Shown here: positions 1-8,089 of the stretch, piece by piece
Layout of the letters: each line of letters opens with the position of its first letter
Position numbering within the stretch: the first letter of the stretch is position 1
Virus record (IMG/VR): IMGVR_UViG_3300043633_000017
Location: 1 to 29,546 of that record
Source: a virus
Lineage: Duplodnaviria > Caudoviricetes
DNA length: 29,546 bases
Strand: one strand, 5' to 3'
Translations under genes and position numbers: made by a program
The notes under the pieces: generated by a model
Told to the model about the DNA's origin: nothing
Seen by the model: the letters and a program-made list of their open reading frames with translations, nothing else
The model's database searches: none

Positions 1-2
1 GA

Positions 3-1445
3 AATATAGATCACGTCGCCGGGGAATTGCAGCTTGCCACCCCCGTATCTGATCAGGTCCGCGCGCCCGTAGGTGATGGCCAGCGCCTGTTGCAGCGCCA
101 GCAGGCTTTTTCCGAGGCCCGGCATCCCGGCCAGCACCGACAGTATCCCCCTCTCGTAGGGCGTCACCACCTGCGGCGGAGCCACCGTGCCCGACTTCAG
201 GGCTTCGCGCAGCGTCTGCACCTTGCCGCCCCGCGACCAGTGCGGGCCGTCGCCGTTCCTGTGGTGCGGTGGCACGACCTGCGTCTTCCTGATCTCGCGC
301 AGCAGCTCGTCGAGCTTCATCCCGGCCTTGCGGGCCTTCTCGTCACCAGCTCCAGAACCACTACCACCACTACCGCCACCGCCCGGTGTCTCCGTAGTCC
401 CACCTGGTATCTCCTCCTCGTCGTCTCCGATCTTGCCGAACACACCCCCGGTGGCCGCGAACACCTGCGCCGCCTCCTGCCTCTCCCGGCTGTCGGCACC
501 ATGGATGTCCTCGATGATCCTCCGCAGCGTGGAGGCCGAGGCTCGCGCCGCCGACAGCGAATCCCACGTCTTCTCCGTGTCCTGCGTCAGGTTGAACTTG
601 GCCGACTTCGCCGACCATTCCAGGAACAGGTCCAGACCCTCCGACGACCCGTCGGTGGCTCCGTAGATGGCGTGGCCGACCCTGACCCAGAAATCGTAAT
701 CGGTGGTGTCGGTGTTGGGGATCATCTCCAGCAGCTTCTTCACGGCATCGGGAGGTAATTTCTCGCCGCCCGTCGTGGCCCCCAATCCGCCCGACGGGAT
801 GTAGTCGAGTTCCAGCTGGAAGCCCGCGATGAACTGCTCCGCGGTATAGGACGGCCCCAGCTGCTTGAGCCTGGTCCTGAAGCTCTTGCGCCCCGGCTTG
901 GTGTTGGTGCCGGAGGGTAGCCGGAAATACTGCCCGAGCGAGTGCAGGCCCCTGGCGAGGTCGCCGCGGTGTCTCCGCAAGGCCGCGTGGATGAGCCTGG
1001 CCTGGGGAGGCGTCAGCGCTGGCTCGAAGTGATAACCATACTGGTGGTTGCCGTGGCTCGTCTCCGTCTGCCACGAGGTCTCCGGCAGCAGCTTGAACAA
1101 ATCCTCGTCGACCTCGACGCTGTTGATCTGGGGAACACCCGGTGCCGACATCCGGCCGACGTCGTCGAACACGATGAAGGGGACCGAGGCGAGCCGTGAA
1201 TCGTCGCGCCTGACCAGTCCGGGCGGGTAGGTGGCCCCGGTGACGTGGTGCCGCTCGTCGTCGGGCATCGCCAGAAGGCGTTCGTCCGAATAATAGCCGG
1301 TGTTGCGCAAATCCTTGCCGCCGGGGACCGAGCCTGCCAGCCACAGCATGTTCCTGTCGAAACCGGAAAATGCGTCGAGAAAATCTATCGAGCGTTGATT
1401 CGAGGGGCCTTGCTTGCCGGAATCCGATACTCTATCTGTGGTCAC
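3..1445 (-). CDS. Primase-helicase fusion (RepB-like primase + PriCT-2 + AAA/RepA-type helicase), 3' end runs off the window
   Basis: Not in the ORF track; translated by hand from GTG at 1445 (GAAAGG upstream), open to the edge. Motifs: IVFDDVG, ETSHGNHQYGY, YFRLPSGTNTKPG (RepB-type primase); YDFWVRVGHAI...FLEWS (PriCT-2); Gly/Ser linker; Walker A GMPGLGKS. Confidence 0.85.
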   Translation of the reverse strand, partial: MTTDRVSDSGKQGPSNQRSIDFLDAFSGFDRNMLWLAGSVPGGKDLRNTGYYSDERLLAMPDDERHHVTGATYPPGLVRRDDSRLASVPFIVFDDVGRMSAPGVPQINSVEVDEDLFKLLPETSWQTETSHGNHQYGYHFEPALTPPQARLIHAALRRHRGDLARGLHSLGQYFRLPSGTNTKPGRKSFRTRLKQLGPSYTAEQFIAGFQLELDYIPSGGLGATTGGEKLPPDAVKKLLEMIPNTDTTDYDFWVRVGHAIYGATDGSSEGLDLFLEWSAKSAKFNLTQDTEKTWDSLSAARASASTLRRIIEDIHGADSRERQEAAQVFAATGGVFGKIGDDEEEIPGGTTETPGGGGSGGSGSGAGDEKARKAGMKLDELLREIRKTQVVPPHHRNGDGPHWSRGGKVQTLREALKSGTVAPPQVVTPYERGILSVLAGMPGLGKSLLALQQALAITYGRADLIRYGGGKLQFPGDVIYI

Positions 1446-1691
1446 AGGAATGCTGCCTTTCTGATGTGCTTAGCGGCTAGTCAGGTCGGTCGATGGTTCT
1501 CTAGGTAGGCTTAAGGGGCCTTCTCTCCCCGGTTGCCCTGCCGGGGTCTCTCGCCATCCACCATGCAACGTTCCGAGGGTGGGAATCAAGGTTGGCTTTG
1601 GTCGGCTAATCTCCCGCCCGCCTTCTGAGACGGGTCCGCGCCAAGACGTAAGCCCCCTCGCGCCCATTGCGCGCGGACCCCCTCTCTCCCC

Positions 1692-1877
1692 TCACTCATC
1701 TACCTTTTCCAGTTGTTGGCGCGAGAAGATGTGCAGCACGCCGTCCTCGTTCTCGACGACGTAGCGGACCGCTCCCAACTGCTTGTAGAAGCACGCGCGA
1801 ACGACGCCGACGAAGCGATAGTCGCCTCTGACTTTCATGACGCGGTCGCCAACATTCAGATCGTCATCAGCCACCAT
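1692..1877 (-). CDS. Small hypothetical phage protein (61 aa, SH3-like beta pattern)
   Basis: ATG at 1877 with GAGGGAG RBS; MVADDDLNVGDRVMKVRGDYRFVGVV...YVVENEDGVLHIF. Confidence 0.7.
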   Translation of the reverse strand: MVADDDLNVGDRVMKVRGDYRFVGVVRACFYKQLGAVRYVVENEDGVLHIFSRQQLEKVDE

Positions 1878-1888
1878 GGGTGTCTCCC

Positions 1889-3865
1889 TCATTTCCCGTA
1901 GCGATCCAGCAGGCCGCCTTCGGCCGCCACCGGCAGCCCGCCCGCCCACAGCGGCGTCTCGATGACCTGCCACAGCGCGTTGGTCACGTGTGATTCATCG
2001 AAGCCCTCGTCCACCTCCCAGACCAGTTCGTCGTGCACCGAGAGCACGAGGTCGACGTCACGCATGAAGTGCTCGACACGCAGCGCCGCGTCGACGATCA
2101 CGTCGCGGGCGACCGCCTGCGTGATGTTCTCCGCCAGCTTCGACCCCCATGTCCTGATCGACTTCCACTGCTTGGTGTACTGGTCGACGCCGTCGAACTC
2201 GATGGCTTCGTATTGCGGCTTGACCGGGTCCGGGACGAGACGCGGGTTGCGGTACCACAGCGGCCTGCCCGACGGCAGCTCGATCAAGAGAACATCCTGT
2301 CTGGCCTGATCCATGCCGAGGCCGACGCGGATGCCGCACCACGAGATCGGGGAGCTGTTTCTGCCCGCCCTGATGACGCTCTTGGCGGCAGAGTCGAGGT
2401 CCCACCAGAACTTGCGGATCATCCTGTTGGCGTCGCGCCACTGGGTCACGATGTCATTGGCCTCGATCGTGGAAAGCGTCATGCCGTAGGTCTTCGCGAA
2501 GTCGACGAACGCCACGTGGCCCATGCCGAAGCCGAGGCCCAGCACCATCACCTTCCCGGCCGTGCGGTTTCCCGTGAAACCATTGTGGTCGGCGGTCCAT
2601 TGATAGACGTCGTCGCCGCGCCTGAAGACGTCGAGCACGTCCTTCTGCCCGGCCATCCACGCAAGGACCCGCGCCTCGATCTGCGAGAGGTCGAAAACCA
2701 GGAACTTCTTCCCCGGTGCCGGGATCAGGCAACCGCGGAGACACGCCGAAACCACCGACAATGGCTCGTCGTAGAAAATCCCCAGTCCCTCGTTTCGCAT
2801 CCCTCCCAGAATCTGCGCGATGGCATCGTTGGGATCGTATCCCCTTGGAGGACGTGGAAAGTTCTGCGGCTGGATCAGGCGGCCGGAGAAACGCCCTGTT
2901 CGCGACGCTCCATAGTATTGCAGCGTTCCGCGAACACGCCCGTCGGGGTCGGCGCAGGCCAGCATCGTCCTGAGCTTGCCGATGCTCGACTTCGCAACCT
3001 TTTGACGTATTCCGAGGACCCTGACGACATCGTCCGGCAGACCGGCATCCACCGCCGTCTCCAGTGTCTCTGCAATCGTTTCCTTGCCGACGTCGGCGAT
3101 CGGGTGGCCCTGATCGGCAAACCACTGTGTGAGCCTCCCTGTCTGCGTGCCGGGGCTGGTGATCGCGCCACTGGTGACGACCTCGCATTGCCGGTTGAGT
3201 TCGTTCGTCTCGACGTCGGCTATTCGGATCAGGTCGTTGATCAGTGGGATGTCGATGCGGATGCCGCGGTTGTTGGTGACCCGGTCCAAGAGAGACACCT
3301 TCTGCTCCCTGTCCGACAGGTCCGGCACGTACCTCCCAACCTCGCGCTCCGCCTCGACGTCGCGCTTGCAGTAGTTGTCGAGCGCCGCCAGCTTGAACGG
3401 GTCGTCATGCCAGAACGTGCCGTCCGGCTTGGGCTTCGACATCTGCATCATCAGGCGCTTGCCAGCGGCGTCCTTGCGTATGGCCAGCCGCAGCGCGTCT
3501 CCGGCGTCGTCCAAGGCAGCGGGAAGCCCCGCGTTGAGCGCCTTCTGCATGGTGCAGACGGCCTGCTCCGGCTTCAGCTGGAAGCCGAAGTAATTGGTCA
3601 GGAAGGCCCACTCGAACGCCGCGTTCCACGCCGCGAACTTGTGCCCGTTCAGCAGGTGCAGGGCGACCTCCGGCGGCAGCGCGTGGTTGCGCTGCGGCAG
3701 CAGGATCGACTGCACCGGGTCGTTGCCGAACGCCCACGCGAACACCGTCACGATGGTGCTGGGGTCTCTGGCGTGGCGTGACGCGCCCACCTTCCTGACG
3801 TTGGTGGCGGGGCTGGAGCATGTTTCCAGATCGATGTGCAGGATGCGGTTGGCGGTGTTAGGCAT
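1889..3865 (-). CDS. polA: Family A DNA polymerase with 3'-5' exonuclease (APSE/BPP-1-like)
   Basis: Exo motifs DLET, WNAAFE, YCKRDV; TGRFSG; motif A DLSQIEARVLAW; motif B RTAGKVMVLGLGFG; motif C VHDE. Confidence 0.95.
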   Translation of the reverse strand: MPNTANRILHIDLETCSSPATNVRKVGASRHARDPSTIVTVFAWAFGNDPVQSILLPQRNHALPPEVALHLLNGHKFAAWNAAFEWAFLTNYFGFQLKPEQAVCTMQKALNAGLPAALDDAGDALRLAIRKDAAGKRLMMQMSKPKPDGTFWHDDPFKLAALDNYCKRDVEAEREVGRYVPDLSDREQKVSLLDRVTNNRGIRIDIPLINDLIRIADVETNELNRQCEVVTSGAITSPGTQTGRLTQWFADQGHPIADVGKETIAETLETAVDAGLPDDVVRVLGIRQKVAKSSIGKLRTMLACADPDGRVRGTLQYYGASRTGRFSGRLIQPQNFPRPPRGYDPNDAIAQILGGMRNEGLGIFYDEPLSVVSACLRGCLIPAPGKKFLVFDLSQIEARVLAWMAGQKDVLDVFRRGDDVYQWTADHNGFTGNRTAGKVMVLGLGFGMGHVAFVDFAKTYGMTLSTIEANDIVTQWRDANRMIRKFWWDLDSAAKSVIRAGRNSSPISWCGIRVGLGMDQARQDVLLIELPSGRPLWYRNPRLVPDPVKPQYEAIEFDGVDQYTKQWKSIRTWGSKLAENITQAVARDVIVDAALRVEHFMRDVDLVLSVHDELVWEVDEGFDESHVTNALWQVIETPLWAGGLPVAAEGGLLDRYGK

Positions 3866-4118
3866 CGTCGTCCCTCTCCGCCTCCTTTATCCTGTCGATC
3901 ACCTCGCACAGCAGCGCGCAGTGGCGTCCGTGGGCGACGCAGGCTTCGTCGAGGTCGTGCTCGCCGTCGCCCCACGCAATGTGGATGGCGTTCCCGGCCA
4001 GCACGTCCAGCATCGTCATCAGCTCCACCGGGGACTTGGACTGGTTGACCAGCGCCGTCAGGCACAGCTCGACGACGAAGCCCTGACGCTCGTCCAGCGC
4101 GAATTTCGGCTTCTTCAT
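3858..4118 (-). CDS. Hypothetical protein (86 aa)
   Basis: Overlaps both neighbouring genes in an operon-like arrangement; no recognised motif. Confidence 0.65.
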   Translation of the reverse strand: MKKPKFALDERQGFVVELCLTALVNQSKSPVELMTMLDVLAGNAIHIAWGDGEHDLDEACVAHGRHCALLCEVIDRIKEAERDDDA

Positions 4119-5293
4119 CAGGTCACCTCATATCGGTCGTGGAACACCCAGCCCAGCCTCTCGTCGCCGCGCTCGTGGTGCTCGATCCATCGCAGTAGCC
4201 TCGTGCATTTCCCGCACAGCGCATAGTCGCCGTCCACCTCCGCAGGCTCGTGGGCGCAGGTGATGGGCTGGCTGGACCTGGAGACATCGCGCCAGTGGCC
4301 GCGCACCTCGTGTCTCCGGTTGTGGCGTCCGGTGGCCTCGTGCATGGCCCTGTCATAGACATGGACTTCGTGTCCGGGGCGCGCGTCGATATGAACTGTC
4401 TTCTCGTCGAACTTCGGCAGGTTCCTGAGCCGGTACTGGAAATTGCCCTTGGCGACCGTGCGGACGATCCGCGTCGGCACCGTGTTGAGAGACGCGAGGA
4501 TGGCGGTGGAGAGACGCAGCGAACCGGCGTTCTCGCGCGACATCGCCGTCAGGAGGAGCCTCATCCGGTGGGCAAATTCCTGTGTGAACTCCGGGTGCTT
4601 CCCGGTCTCCTCGTGATACATGGCCAGCCGCGCGAGAGGTCCGGTGAAGAACGAATCGATGCTCGTGTAGCCGCGCCTCTGGAGCGTCTCGATCATGGCG
4701 AACCTGAGCTTCTGGCTGCTGCTTGGAACCGTGATTCCCCACGCCGAGGACAGGAACTGGGTCCTGTCCCTGAGAAATTCCGGGTCGCTCACTGACGTGT
4801 CCGGGTCGTCGGGGTCGTGCAGCCGCGAAGTGGTCGGCCACACCGGCATCGAGCCGGTCGACGACGACACATGGATGGCTTCCCAGCCGTTGTAGGCTTT
4901 GTCCGGGATGTAGAGGAACCCGGCCCGCATCCAGTCGTCCCCCAGCTGTTCGGGCGGCAGGGGCGATGTCGTGCCGAGAGACACCTGCGTCCGGTAGCGG
5001 ACCTCGTCGCTGTACTCGATCAGCACCGGCCTCGACGGCAGCCGCGCGAGGTCGGCATTGGCCAGCAGCTTCGCGACGTCGGTGGTGCTGGAGCGGGCGA
5101 TGGCCCGCTCGATGAAGGTGTCCGACAGCACGAAGCGGTCGGCCCGTAGCAGGGCTTCGCGGAAGTTCTTCTTGCCGTCGACGTCAAGCCTGTCGACGGC
5201 CCTGCCCCGGAGGCTGAGGATTTTCGGCAGGTACGGGCGGGTGTCGTAGCTCCAGCCGTGCAGGAAGTCGGCCAGCGATTGCGGTCTTGGCAT
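4118..5293 (-). CDS. Hypothetical phage protein with C-terminal RHEVRGHWR motif and putative Zn site
   Basis: 391 aa; GGAGAG RBS; RRHEVRGHWR...CAH...CGKC...WIEHHERGD. Confidence 0.75.
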   Translation of the reverse strand: MPRPQSLADFLHGWSYDTRPYLPKILSLRGRAVDRLDVDGKKNFREALLRADRFVLSDTFIERAIARSSTTDVAKLLANADLARLPSRPVLIEYSDEVRYRTQVSLGTTSPLPPEQLGDDWMRAGFLYIPDKAYNGWEAIHVSSSTGSMPVWPTTSRLHDPDDPDTSVSDPEFLRDRTQFLSSAWGITVPSSSQKLRFAMIETLQRRGYTSIDSFFTGPLARLAMYHEETGKHPEFTQEFAHRMRLLLTAMSRENAGSLRLSTAILASLNTVPTRIVRTVAKGNFQYRLRNLPKFDEKTVHIDARPGHEVHVYDRAMHEATGRHNRRHEVRGHWRDVSRSSQPITCAHEPAEVDGDYALCGKCTRLLRWIEHHERGDERLGWVFHDRYEVT

Positions 5294-5302
5294 TGGTCTC
5301 TC

Positions 5303-5899
5303 CTATTGGTCGGTTTCGTTGCCCCAAGCATCCCAGCCTTCTCTTGCCGGGCCTCTCCTGTTGAGTTCGATCTTGGGGATGTTGGGGAACAGCTTCTCGA
5401 TCATCATGAACACCACCTCCGGCTTCTCCGAGTGCCGCAGGTTGATGGCCGTGAACACGCTCTCCCATTGCGTGCCCGGTGCCGGAGCCACGGGATTGCC
5501 GCGTGCCCCCACCAGCAGCGTCTCGTGCCGGTTCCTGAACCAGTAGCCGGTGCCGATCTTGGGCTTCACCCAGACGGCGTTGGTCTTGTAGGTGAAGCCC
5601 CACCGCTGCATCACGTACAGCGCCTGCGTCAGCATCGGTGCCGTCGCCCACAGGAACAACACGCAGTCGTCGGCAGCGATTCCCGCGACGTGACGCCGCG
5701 CGATCACCTCCGTCGGCGACGTCGGATAGTGGTTGTCGGCGGACCGGTCCATGCCGGTCTCGCGGCTGTACGGCTCGAATCGCCATTCGGGATCGGCCAG
5801 GATCACGCCATAGCGCTTGTCCGGCAACGCCCTTATTTTCCCCGCGAGTTCGGCCTCGCGCTGCGCCCTGCGGGCCTTCTTCTCTGCGGTTTTGTCCAT
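5303..5899 (-). CDS. MT-A70 family N6-adenine methyltransferase
   Basis: VILADPEW, LFLWAT, WGFTYKT...WVK, GTGYWFRNRHE, HSEKP, KIEL..R, GWDAWGNE. Confidence 0.92.
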   Translation of the reverse strand: MDKTAEKKARRAQREAELAGKIRALPDKRYGVILADPEWRFEPYSRETGMDRSADNHYPTSPTEVIARRHVAGIAADDCVLFLWATAPMLTQALYVMQRWGFTYKTNAVWVKPKIGTGYWFRNRHETLLVGARGNPVAPAPGTQWESVFTAINLRHSEKPEVVFMMIEKLFPNIPKIELNRRGPAREGWDAWGNETDQ

Positions 5900-5905
5900 G
5901 CCGCG

Positions 5906-5934
5906 AAGGTGGAAGGCGGCGCACGGAATGTCAA
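5906..5934 (-). promoter_or_regulatory. Putative leftward sigma70 promoter
   Basis: TTGACA (5934-5929), 17-nt spacer, CACCTT (5911-5906); predicted +1 near 5899. Confidence 0.5.
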
Positions 5935-5940
5935 GCCCGC

Positions 5941-5969
5941 ACTTAAAAATGTAGAAATTTTGTTCGGGG
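5941..5969 (+). repeat. 29-bp AT-rich motif, copy 1
   Basis: ACTTAAAAATGTAGAAATTTTGTTCGGGG; ungapped match to 10161 and 14227. Confidence 0.85.
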
Positions 5970-5973
5970 TCGG

Positions 5974-6002
5974 TTGCAATACCATACGAACACGGCTACC
6001 TG
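5974..6002 (+). promoter_or_regulatory. Putative rightward sigma70 promoter
   Basis: TTGCAA-N17-TACCTG upstream of the first rightward gene; followed by inverted repeat GTTGCG-N11-CGCAAC (6002-6024). Confidence 0.45.
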
Positions 6003-6037
6003 TTGCGAAAGAATTCAACGCAACCGGGAGAAATCCT

Positions 6038-6298
6038 ATGCCCTACTCACCCATCCCTGTCGAGGAACGCGCCTATCCGCGTTACGACTATAGAGCCTTG
6101 CTGGCGTCGATCGGCTCCGACAAGGACATCCAGAACCTGATCGGTTCTTACGGTTTCGAGAAGCCGTCGACCTCCGTCATCCGTGGCTGGCGCTCGCGCA
6201 ATTCGGTGCCGTCGCGGTGGCTGCCGCTGCTTGTCCACAAGGGGATGCAGGATGGCTGGCTGAAGAACCCAACCGCATTGCTGGAGAATCCGTTTTGA
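6038..6298 (+). CDS. Cro-like HTH DNA-binding protein
   Basis: ATG at 6038 after GGGAG RBS; 86 aa with TSVIRGWRSRNSVPSRWLPLL, the W-x-x-R-x-x-V/I-P pattern of Cro-like proteins; first gene of the divergent operon. Confidence 0.7.
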   Translation: MPYSPIPVEERAYPRYDYRALLASIGSDKDIQNLIGSYGFEKPSTSVIRGWRSRNSVPSRWLPLLVHKGMQDGWLKNPTALLENPF

Positions 6299-6438
6299 AA
6301 AAGTCATCCGTGAAACTCGCCGACCTCGCCGACCTCAGCAGGATCGAGGACCCCAAGGTGGTGGCGGCGCTGAAGGAACTGATCAAGGCGATCGCCGCAC
6401 GCGAGAAGCCGCCGGTCGAGGACAAGGGGCCGTTCTGA
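6295..6438 (+). CDS. Hypothetical protein (47 aa)
   Basis: TTG overlapping the upstream stop, GGAG RBS, stop overlaps the next ATG. Confidence 0.5.
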   Translation: MKKSSVKLADLADLSRIEDPKVVAALKELIKAIAAREKPPVEDKGPF

Positions 6439-6581
6439 TGACAGAGATCGACACCTTGTTGACGCCGTTCGCGCTGTGGCTGGGACTGGGACTGACCAAG
6501 GCCGCGGTACTGGCGATCGCCGTGTGGATCGCCGTCATCGCGTGGCACGGCACCACTGACAGCACAGGATGCGACGACTGA
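6438..6581 (+). CDS. Small membrane protein (47 aa)
   Basis: Hand-translated MTEIDTLLTPFALWLGLGLTKAAVLAIAVWIAVIAWHGTTDSTGCDD; TGATG coupling at both ends. Confidence 0.6.
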   Translation: MTEIDTLLTPFALWLGLGLTKAAVLAIAVWIAVIAWHGTTDSTGCDD

Positions 6582-7108
6582 TGACCTTCGTTCCGCGTGT
6601 CACCAAGACCGTCCCCGTCGGCCGCTACTTCGATATCGAGAAGCTGCACGAGAAGGCGGTGGACCATGCCGAGAAGATGTTCAGGCGGCACGGCATGTGC
6701 CTGCCGACGTGGCTGATGTGGGAGAACAACGCCGTCACCTACATCGAGACGCCGTGGGAGAATCAGGACGAGAAGGAAGCCACCGTCATGCTGATGCGCG
6801 ACGCCATCAACAACCGGCATCAGGTCGACGGCTACGCTTTCTTGGTTGAGGCGTGGGTGGCGAAGCAGCACAAGGACGATCCCAACGACCTGCTGCCGAG
6901 CCAGCGCCCGAAGGACCAGCGCGACGACGTGCTGATGGCGTGGACCTTCCCGCGCGACGGCAAGCCGATAACGACACGGTGGCTGGTCACCGTGCGCAAG
7001 ACCGGCCCCAACTTCCTTGGCCCGCGCGACGACATGTTCCTCGTCGGGATGGAGGAGATGCGTGGCCTGATGTGGAACCTGTTCGAGCCGGAAGTGACGG
7101 TCCAGTGA
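6581..7108 (+). CDS. Hypothetical phage protein
   Basis: TGATG-coupled start; YAFLVEAW...PSQRPKDQRDDVL. Confidence 0.75.
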   Translation: MTFVPRVTKTVPVGRYFDIEKLHEKAVDHAEKMFRRHGMCLPTWLMWENNAVTYIETPWENQDEKEATVMLMRDAINNRHQVDGYAFLVEAWVAKQHKDDPNDLLPSQRPKDQRDDVLMAWTFPRDGKPITTRWLVTVRKTGPNFLGPRDDMFLVGMEEMRGLMWNLFEPEVTVQ

Positions 7109-7380
7109 TGGCTGATGATGACCTGATCGAGTGGCTGAACAAAGCATCTGTGGCCATCTATGCAGCGACAGACGGACCAGTTGCAGATGACATATCGCCC
7201 AAGTTGCGCGAAGCCGCCTCTCGTCTCGCAGCGCTTCAATCCGAGCGGGACTACGCCGTTGGGGCGATGCGGGAAGCTCGCGAGTATCTGAACATCGAGA
7301 CAACCCATGCCAGAGAGGCAGAAGCCCAAGTCGCAGCGCTGCAACAACGGGTGGAGGCGCTAGAGCGTGAGCGCCAGTGA
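7108..7380 (+). CDS. Hypothetical coiled-coil protein (90 aa)
   Basis: MADDDLIEWL...; coupled to both neighbours; heptad-like C-terminus. Confidence 0.65.
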   Translation: MADDDLIEWLNKASVAIYAATDGPVADDISPKLREAASRLAALQSERDYAVGAMREAREYLNIETTHAREAEAQVAALQQRVEALERERQ

Positions 7381-7835
7381 AGATCATCGGCATCGATCCC
7401 GGCAGTGTCTCCGCGGCCTACGCCGTACTCGACGAGCACATGAAGATACTCGACGTCGACGACGTGCCGGTGGTCGACAGGATGGTCGACGCCGCCGGGT
7501 GGTCGCAGATCGTCGAGTTCTGGGAACCCAACCGGGCGATCATCGAACTGGTGAGTGCCATGCCCAAGCAGGGTGTCGCCTCGTCGTTCCGCTTCGGCAT
7601 GGGCGTCGGGCTTCTCAGGGGCGTCGTCACGGCGCTTGGTGTCCCCACCACGCAGGTGACGCCGTCCAAATGGAAGAAGGAGATGGGCCTCGACAACGAC
7701 GGCGAGAAGTCGCGCGCGCTGGCGCTGCGGCACTGGCCGGGCTGCGTCAGCCTGAAGCGCGTCAAGGATCACGGCCGCGCCGAGGCCCTGCTGCTGGCGC
7801 GATGGTATCTGGAAAAACAGGGGTCCTTGAAATGA
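7377..7835 (+). CDS. RuvC-like Holliday junction resolvase
   Basis: IIGIDPG, AIIELV, GVASSFRFG, VTPSKWKK, DHGRAEALLLA. Confidence 0.9.
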   Translation: MKIIGIDPGSVSAAYAVLDEHMKILDVDDVPVVDRMVDAAGWSQIVEFWEPNRAIIELVSAMPKQGVASSFRFGMGVGLLRGVVTALGVPTTQVTPSKWKKEMGLDNDGEKSRALALRHWPGCVSLKRVKDHGRAEALLLARWYLEKQGSLK

Positions 7836-8089
7836 CGAACGTTATGCAATTCATGCCCGGTTCGCGATCGCTGGTGACGCTGACCGATTCATTCGCCGCC
7901 AAGAAGCTGGTGCAGGAGGAAGTCCTGCGCTCCAAGCGCACCTACAGGGACATCGCCCGCAGTGCGGCGGTGGCGTCCTCGACCATCAGCAACATCGCCA
8001 TCGGACACACCCAGTGGCCGCGCATCGAGACGATCATCCGCATCCTTGGCGCTCTCGGCTGGGTGATACGGGCGGAGAGGGGGAAGTGA
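7832..8089 (+). CDS. XRE-family HTH protein
   Basis: TYRDIARSAAVASSTISNIAIGHTQWPRIETIIRILGALG. Confidence 0.8.
   Translation: MTNVMQFMPGSRSLVTLTDSFAAKKLVQEEVLRSKRTYRDIARSAAVASSTISNIAIGHTQWPRIETIIRILGALGWVIRAERGK

Noticed and set aside
350-386. Short ccacta/ccacc repeats
   Set aside because: They encode the Gly/Ser linker of the primase-helicase
370-1344. 324-aa minus ORF and 27-758 plus ORF from the track
   Set aside because: Alternative frames of the primase-helicase; I checked for a frameshift near 950 and the true frame is continuous
1492-1558. Three-way junction as a hammerhead ribozyme
   Set aside because: Core CUGAnGA and GAAA are not found at the junctions on either strand
2033-3781. 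582-aa plus-strand ORF, and similar shadows at 7942-9402, 10199-11227 and 26039-27622
   Set aside because: Antisense to polA, helicase, DUF2800 and capsid genes, which carry clear motifs
7108-7130. Shared ADDDL start between ORFs at 7108 and 1877
   Set aside because: Only five residues with no flanking similarity; cannot be distinguished from chance
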